Below are positions 55,586 to 64,000 of a DNA stretch of 64,000 nucleotides, piece after piece. A model generated the notes under the pieces. The model ran no database searches, was not told the DNA's origin, and worked only from the letters and a program-made list of their open reading frames with translations. Made by a program: the position numbers and the translations under genes. How positions within the stretch are numbered: position 1 is the stretch's first letter; every line of letters begins with the position of its first letter. Source of the DNA: Octopus sinensis (taxonomy: Eukaryota); the NCBI RefSeq assembly GCF_006345805.1, contig NC_043009.1, forward strand, positions 2,790,001 through 2,854,000. The letters are read 5' to 3'.

Positions 55586-56300
55586 AAGTATGGAAGCAAT
55601 ATTGGTTTAGTAAATCTACATACCATGCAGTTACAAAACTTACCTGCCAAAGTATCTGGTCGTTGTCTAGCTGTGAACAGTAATTATATCCAACGGTTTT
55701 TCTGTTTGTTAGTAAAAGACGCCATCATAGATAATCACTTTTCGTTATTTTGCTCATGAAACAGTCATATTTTTTTTAATTATCAGATACGCAAAACACG
55801 ACCACGGGTTAGTGCAAGGGGATGCGGATGGGAACGGGGAAGGGCCTGATTGACGCTTTCGCCAGTCGCTGGTCGGTTTCGCTGAAGCTTCGAGAACGTG
55901 CCGGAACGCAGCGGATATCGCTGGGGAAGGATGCGCAGGAGAGGGGGAAAGTAGACGCGAGGGAGAAGGAGGCGAGATCGCGGTAGAGCACGAGCACGTC
56001 GATGTGCACACGCCTGCAGCCATCGGGCGCACGACGCTTTCAACCAGCTTCCGACCCTGCCCCGCAGCTTAGCAATCGTTCGGAAAAATCCTTCGTATAT
56101 ATTTTCTTAACCCCGTTGTGGCTGGAAGCCTCTGTATCAACGCACGGCAACCATATACATATTGAGACAAAACAAGTGAGTACACATGTACTAGACAATA
56201 TCCTGACAATGCACTTCTTTAGACAAATCACGAAACGTAGTATTTAATTGCTCGGCCCGATTTCCGTCGTCTACATTGTCATGCGTATACAATGAACAGC

Positions 56301-56368
<68 letters not shown>

Positions 56369-56370
56369 TA

Positions 56371-56410
<40 letters not shown>

Positions 56411-56731
56411 TATATATCCCCATATATATATATACATATATATATATAAGTATATACATATACATACATATATATTATGTATATATATATCAAAGTGGGT
56501 TATGAGTGTAACCCACTATGGTAATATCATTTATCCAATTAACTGCCAGTAACCTTATGTGTATTATATTATCATGTAGATACTTATATATATATATATA
56601 TATGTATATGTAGGTGTATATAAACCTATATGAATATGTATATATGCATATTCTTGTATATGTGAACCTTGTTAAATATTCATATTTGCATTGTATATCT
56701 CCATTTTATATTTTTATAATTGTACTTCATA

Positions 56732-56851
56732 ATCTCTGACGAGGCCTTGAGATATATATATAACTCATTTTTAACCGCATATTACCACAATACCTGACTA
56801 ATATGGGCATAATGAGATGCTCCTATGTACAGGCTGAAACACCTGTAAGAT
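56732..56851 (+). ncRNA. Type I hammerhead ribozyme-like motif (Penelope-element style, long stem II insert)
   Basis: Stem I AUCU/AGAU. Core CUGACGA (56736-56742). Stem II GGCCU/AGGCU. GAAA (56836-56839). Stem III ACA-CC-UGU. Predicted cleavage GUA after 56847. Confidence 0.6.
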
Positions 56852-57035
56852 CCATTTTATATGTATTATTCTTATGGTATTATCTTACTTATCGATGTAT
56901 ATTGTTTTATTCTGTCTTATTCTGTTGGATTCGGACGTTCCTATTTAATCTAAATAATTAGTTAATAATTATATGAATTGGTATTATCTGGAAGTTGATG
57001 ATTGAAAGAAATCTATTCCTCCATTTTCTTATTTG

Positions 57036-57087
<52 letters not shown>

Positions 57088-57130
57088 TATATATACAAAT
57101 ATAGATACAATACTACACGGCGGTACATCA

Positions 57131-57230
57131 NNNNNNNNNNNNNNNNNNNNNNNNNNNNNNNNNNNNNNNNNNNNNNNNNNNNNNNNNNNNNNNNNNNNNN
57201 NNNNNNNNNNNNNNNNNNNNNNNNNNNNNN
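57131..57230. other. Assembly gap (100 N)
   Basis: Run of exactly 100 N, typical of an unsized scaffold join. Confidence 0.99.
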
Positions 57231-57399
57231 TTGTTGTTTAACTGTCTGAGAAAGATTAATCACGAAACGCAGCGCACTCCTTTTTTGACCGTATATAAGT
57301 TCCTGTGTGTGTGTGTGCGTGTGTGTGTGTGTGTGTATGTGTGTGCGAGTGTGTGAGAATGTGTTTGTGAGTGTTTGTTTATGTATGATATCTAATATA

Positions 57400-57618
57400 T
57401 AGTAATCCTTCCCCTATCGCGGTTCACCTATCGCGGTTTGTTATTCAACCTTACGTCGATTCCTCTGTTGTGTTGTTTTGTATTTACACTAAAATAAATA
57501 CATACAAATCATAAATATAATAAAAATAATTATTATACAATACTGTTTCTACTGTGCGTATTTTGACCTACCGCGTGTGTTTTGGAACGCAACACCCGCG
57601 ATTGCCGAAGGATCACTG
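57400..57618. mobile_element. pogo/Tigger-like MITE (degenerate TIRs)
   Basis: TA|TAGTAATCCTTCCCCTATCGCGG ... CCCGCGATTGCCGAAGGATCACTG|TA: imperfect ~24-bp TIRs with TA target duplication. Confidence 0.6.
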
Positions 57619-58046
57619 TATTTTAGAAGAAGGACAAAAGCACGCATTCTACACAATCGACATAATATATTTATTGAACTACAACATTGTCAACCTATCA
57701 GAAGTCTATGTTAGTTTATTATCATGCGGAGGAAAGACTTGAGTCTTTCATCACGTCGATGAGATGAATTGATTTGACCAAATATTGCTGAGAACTCAGT
57801 ACCTTCTCGTTTATTTCTATTAGGCATAAAACAGGGAACATCTTTGGGAATATATTTTGTACAAAAGATATTTTGATTTTGATATTTTTAATAAAGAGGA
57901 GAAATTTCATTTAACTTTTTTATATTTATTTTACAATTCGGTTTTAGCTATACTTATTGCTCTCTCACTCACACAGAACATACACACACACTCTCTCTCT
58001 CTCTATGTTATATATATACACACACATACACACACACACACGCACA

Positions 58047-58089
<43 letters not shown>

Positions 58090-58214
58090 TATATATACAT
58101 ACATACATACACACACAAATATATAATGAGAATTTACGAAAAAAACAGAAGACGAAGACGGGTATGTAAACAACAAACAGGTGTATTAGTTTAACGCACG
58201 GGAAGCAAGAAAGT

Positions 58215-58250
58215 CTTTTACGTTTCTAGCCTACGCTCTTCAACAGAAAG
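58215..58250 (-). ncRNA. Minimal variant hammerhead-like motif (36 nt)
   Basis: Minus strand: CUUU-CUGUUGA-A-GAGC-GUAG-GCUA-GAAAC-GUA-AAAG. Core has A6>U and there is a mismatch at the base of stem II. Confidence 0.4.
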
Positions 58251-58999
58251 GGTCGCAGAAATAAACAGAGAGGTAATATCAAAAAAGGGTTACTGGCTAG
58301 CGATCTATATATATACACACAGAACCTTTTATAATATGGTATGTTGACTTCCACATCTGTTACATTGACATGTATTCCTGTTTATTCTATATTAGTCTAT
58401 CCCCTCTGTGCGATAAAGCCTAGCGCAGCTTAAAATGTAACGCTATTAAAAGTATTCTAGTTTTGGTGTTGTAGAAAGTATCTTTCTATTAATGAAAGGG
58501 CGAGGAAATCTACGACTACGTTTATACATTGGGACCTCCACATAATAGTGTGGGACTCTCCATGTATTATTGTTGTCGTGAATGACAACCTGGTTGGTGA
58601 GATGATGTTGTATGATAAATTCAGGTATACAAACAGATATATTCGTATACTCGTATGTAACAAGCTTGCGATATAAAACCTGAATAGTATACGAAGATTC
58701 ACGTGTCGTTTAGGAAAACTGCTAATGGTTTTATACGTTCATCTAGAGGCAATCGGATATACACATCATATCTACTCTTGGGGACTTTAATCGAGCAACA
58801 TATCCAGGATGTGGCAGACGCTGGGTTAAAGAGCGGCACCGGTGCTGAAGAGACACGCATATTCTGTTGAATAAAACCGAGAAAATTGATATAAACTGCA
58901 TTCACCATTGGCATATATCTCCATACTGTCTCGGTAGGTATTGACTCCATGAAATGATAACTGTGAACCTGAAACTTACACACCTACACACACGCAAAC

Positions 59000-59037
<38 letters not shown>

Positions 59038-59395
59038 TACATATATATATATACATATATATATATATACATATATATATATACATATATATATGCATAT
59101 GGGGGCGTGCCAGGGGATGTGTGTACGTACGCATGTATGTGTTTCTATGCAAAATCTGTGAAGTTTTAATTCAAGAAGAACCATAAATGTTTACAATTAG
59201 AGAAATATTAAAAAAAGAAATTAAGTGAATCGTTCTATGGAAAATGTTGCAATAATTATTAGTTATTAAATATGAAAAATAGCAAACCTCATCATCATCA
59301 TCATTATCATCATCGTCATCATCAACATCGTCACCGTTATTTTTGCAATTGTTGCTGTTATTGTTATTATTTCCAACCTCCCCTTCCTCCTCCAC

Positions 59396-59498
<103 letters not shown>

Positions 59499-59961
59499 TT
59501 AACATATTTCTTTTTTATCGCTATTGTATTTTAGTTGTTGGTAAAGTTAAAGCTATCTCCAGCATCAATATTATTTTTATTAACGATTATCTGCACACTT
59601 ATTATCATTATCGACAGCGCTATTCTCTCGACAATTAAGAATACTAATAAAAGATAAAACAATGATTTTAGAGTGAATAATAATAATAATATATAGAGAG
59701 TAAAACAAGCAGTTAAGGAACTTAAATTTGATGCAGGAAAACATAAAAACAAAGATGAGAGTTAACTGGAAATGAATAGTTCAATGCAAGAGTAAAAGTT
59801 AAATATCAGATGAAAACGTCGCACAAAAAATAAATGTATGGCGGCTGTTTATATATAATGTGCAGCCTATGTAGGTATATATAGAGACAAATCTATTCGT
59901 GCAAGCATATACACGAGCGAAGGTAGAAGCGTGTGTAATTAAGTATGCATGTATATATATA

Positions 59962-60023
<62 letters not shown>

Positions 60024-60151
60024 TGTGTGATTGTGCGTGATTGTGTCTGTGTTTGCGTGTATAGACGCATGTATTTATGTGTGAATACACCAACGCACCT
60101 ATAATGTATATGCAGACATTTAAATATATATTTTAGATACATACTTATCTA

Positions 60152-60221
<70 letters not shown>

Positions 60222-60320
60222 CTCTGTCGTACGTCTGCCTGCCTGCCTATCTATTTATCTATCTATATATTATCTATCTATTTATCTATCACTTTATCTC
60301 TCTCTTTCTATATATATATA

Positions 60321-60364
<44 letters not shown>

Positions 60365-60403
60365 GTTTGTGTGTGTGTGTTTATATATCAGTATATATTT
60401 ATG

Positions 60404-60458
<55 letters not shown>

Positions 60459-61155
60459 GTGTGTATATATATTCAATTCAGGAAGACAAAATACACATGC
60501 ACAGGCATATGCGTAATCTTTTGGTTGTTTCGTATCCTACATGCGTATGTATCTTTTGACAGCAACTTTGTGATTCGAAAAAAAAGGTAAGTTTAGAGTA
60601 ACGAATCGAAACAGAGAGCATACATCCATATCAACCGTAACAGAAATGGCAACAACATATCTCAAAATACACAACAACAACAACGACAACAAAAACAACA
60701 ATAATATCTGTAGAGCTAGATGCAACAATAAGGAACATTCTAATACATTCTAATACAACTGTATCGCATTCGATCATAGAAAAAATTGCAACAAAAACAA
60801 TAGAATCTATTGCAAGAACAACAACAACAACAATAACAACAACAACAGGAACAACAGCACCAAAAACCTACAATGACAACGCCACCAATACCACCACCGT
60901 TCTTATCATCATCATCATCATCATCGTCGTCATCATCGCTGACAACAATACGAATGCGTGTGACAATGAACGGGCTGTTATTAGAATGTCCAAGTCTACT
61001 CCTGCAATATGAGAACGTAACAGCTGCGCTTCTGGTAGCAATTATGTATTATTTATTTCTCTTTTATCGTTCCCCAATTTATTTTCAGCTCAAATTAAAC
61101 TTTTAGAAAATTCTTAAGAAGCATAAGTAAAATTGTAACAAATAATAATAATGGT

Positions 61156-61217
<62 letters not shown>

Positions 61218-61290
61218 TAACAATAATAATAATAATAATAATATTATTAATAATAATAATGATAATGATAATTATAATAATATTATTATA

Positions 61291-61330
<40 letters not shown>

Positions 61331-61915
61331 TTGATACGTGTGTCAACATCTTACGCATAGAAACACGTTCAAAGATATGTATACACGAGTATATAAACTG
61401 TTTCTGTGTGATTCTGTGTCGGTGAGATTGTGTATGTCCTTATGCCTATATGTGTTTCTATATTACTATGTGGGAACGAAAGTGTGGAGTTAGAGGTATA
61501 ATAAATGATGCATTAGAGAAATGTACATCTGGAGCAACATATATACGTGAGCGAATGTGTTGGTGAGTGCGTATACACACACACACACACACACATCATA
61601 TATACATATATTTATATATATATATAGATATAATATATATATATATATATTATATATATATATGAAGGAGAGAGAGGAGAGAGAGAGAGAGAGAGAGAAA
61701 GAAAGACAATGGAGTAAATAAACAAATAAAACTGATTTGGTTAGATTATGCAGATTTTACATATATTTATATATATATAAATTGAGGGAAAGCAAAGATT
61801 GAAAACATTCAGTCGATGAGTATTCATGTATAAATACGTAGATATTTATATATTAACACAGCAAAATTACAGAACGTTAAAATACGCAGCAAATTAAAGG
61901 GAGGTAAGTATCAGA

Positions 61916-62076
61916 GGTCCGACAGCTGTTTCTAGGGCTTGGAATTACTTCGTAATATCGACAGATGTAGTTTACACAAATATGGAACTAGGAGTGGAAG
62001 CATTAGGTATATTAGGCATTAGGTATATATGGAAGCATTAGGCATTATGTATATCCGGCCTCTTTCTTCAGGGTGG
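61916..62076 (-). ncRNA. Degenerate type I hammerhead ribozyme-like motif
   Basis: Minus strand: CC-CUGAAGA...GCCCUA-GAAA-CAGCUG-UC-GG, with palindromic stem III ACAGCUGU and a GUC site. Stem I is only 2 bp and stem II is imperfect. Confidence 0.5.
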
Positions 62077-62693
62077 ATATATATATGTATACACAACCAA
62101 GTCTGGTGATATCGAGCAAGAGCAAGAGATCGTGTATACTTTCTAGTGAAGATTAGGGCTTTCTTTAACATGAAAGTTTATATGGTAGCATAGTCATTAG
62201 AAATATGAAGCTGGAGGAAATCGATGCGTGGTTTATAAGAAAGAGAGCGGAACCAGGTGACGATATCACCTGTACAATTCCAAAGTGAATGCTTTACGTT
62301 ACGCCAAAATTGAGGTAGGTTTGCTCGATTATGTCTTTGTTAATTCGACCAATGTGTGATTTTGAGGGTCAGATTAATCTAATAGGTTTGGTGGAGAAAT
62401 TTGATTCACGATCCTTCAGGATGAAATGGCTAGTTTGGTGTGCATGGTTCACTTCTATTTAGTAGTTCGAAGTCTGAGATGCTTACAATGAAGGTTGTTA
62501 ATGTTAGATATTGAAATCTCCATCCTGAAGAAGAACGGATCTACATAATGTTTACATTAATTTGCATATTTTGGGGAACTAAAACTGCAAATATTATGAG
62601 ACCCCCGAACCTGTAACACTACGCCTACTCCCCCTAATGTACCGACTCCATTTATTTTGTGTAAATTTGCTAGGTTGATATTAATATCTTTAT

Positions 62694-62810
62694 AAGGCGG
62701 CGAGCTGGCAGAAACGTTAGAATGCCGGGCGAAATGCTTAGCGCTATTTCGTCTGCCGTTACGTTCTGAGTTCAAATTCCGCCGAGGTCGACTTCGCCCT
62801 TCATCCTTTC
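62694..62810 (+). mobile_element. SINE family B 5' part
   Basis: AAGGCGGCGAGCTGGCAGAAACGTTAG...GAGTTCAAATTCCGCCGAGGTCGAC. Confidence 0.75.
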
Positions 62811-62904
62811 AAATCATTTAAGCGCCAAATTGTGATTTCTATATTGAACATCTCTGGATCTCATCTGATGAATCCCTCTCTCTCTCTCTCTCCTCTCTCT
62901 CTCT

Positions 62905-62978
<74 letters not shown>

Positions 62979-63159
62979 TATGTATAACGAGACAAATAGG
63001 TTAGTGTAGAACTCATTATACTGATGGTCCAAGCACAATGTTATATGAGTGTAGAGTCGTAACAGAAAAAGAAATAAGAAATAAGAGCGGAAAAACAAAT
63101 GTTATGTAATGAATTCCCTACTCTACAACTGTTTCTGCCATAGGTTTAGTAGTACCACA

Positions 63160-63191
<32 letters not shown>

Positions 63192-64000
63192 TATATATAA
63201 TATATATAGTTATGCAGGTCTTATTTAACGAAATAAAGGACCATGCGATGAATTTGTTATAAGTTTGACTACATATATTTTTCTCCTGATATTTACGTAT
63301 AGTATGCAAAGCGATACAATCAGACTATCTAGCATGTCATCCTATTTCTGCTCGCACCGATTCCTATTTCCTCTTCCTTTAATCCTTGTACTCTTTCTTG
63401 CGTCTTACGTCTCTGCCTCTCCTACGTTTCATTGCATGCACACGCATATATATACAAGTATACACACATACAGAGAGTTGAGTGTACCTATCTCTTATAT
63501 ATTTATACTGAAATGCATACATTACTAGTGTGAGCAATACCACGGATGTTTTATTGCAGATACCCTTTGTTGTTATTACGCGTTATTTAAGAAATCTAGA
63601 TCTGACCGATCTAAGCACGGGTCTTACAAGTACTAGGGAGAAACTATTTCTTTGAGAAAGTGAGACAGACTGTAAGAAAGAAGTGACAGAAAGAGGATAT
63701 TCCACTTCAGTTCAGAGCTTTTTTTTATCTACTGTTCTCGAAAGGATATAAATGTGACATTGACTAAATGTCATTTCCGATCGCATGCCTGCAAATCGAC
63801 CGATAAACTCTAACCATTTTATCTAATGCAGTAATACCTTACCCAAACATTCCGTACAGTATATCGTAATTTATAATACCCGTATCATAATTCGGAGAGC
63901 TGACAGAATCAAAATGCTTCGAGTTATTCTGAGTTCAAATTCCGTTCAGCTCAATTTCACCTTTGATCCCTTCGGAGTCAACAAAATTGATAACAATGAA

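Noticed and set aside
56198-56250. Possible further hammerhead (CUGACAA ... GAAACGUA)
   Set aside because: G8 is missing and stem II does not pair. Too degenerate to call.

Overview
Eukaryotic, AT-rich, repeat-dominated non-coding DNA. The SINE and repeat content looks like an octopus or other cephalopod genome; this is from recall and is not verified. No host protein-coding gene can be supported, and almost all short ORFs in the track are microsatellite translations. The window contains: (1) about ten pieces of R4/Dong-type non-LTR retrotransposons (RT, CCHC and RLE nuclease) from at least three families, including one near-full-length frameshifted copy at 32.8-36.8 kb. Nearly all sit in (AAT)n tracts with the same polarity. 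(2) Four copies of an unnamed non-coding element of about 555 bp ('element X') with an invariant 3' end fused to AAT and variable 5' truncation, a candidate non-autonomous AAT-targeted retroposon. (3) Several type I hammerhead-ribozyme-like motifs of the Penelope-element style, most in or next to (TA)n tracts (56.7, 58.2 and 61.9 kb, weaker at 6.8 kb). (4) Three tRNA-like SINE families, one forming ~184-bp tandem arrays at three loci. (5) A deleted Tc1/mariner element, two MITEs, an 858-bp tandem duplication, an 88-bp-arm palindrome, a triplicated ~236-bp unit and a 100-N gap.
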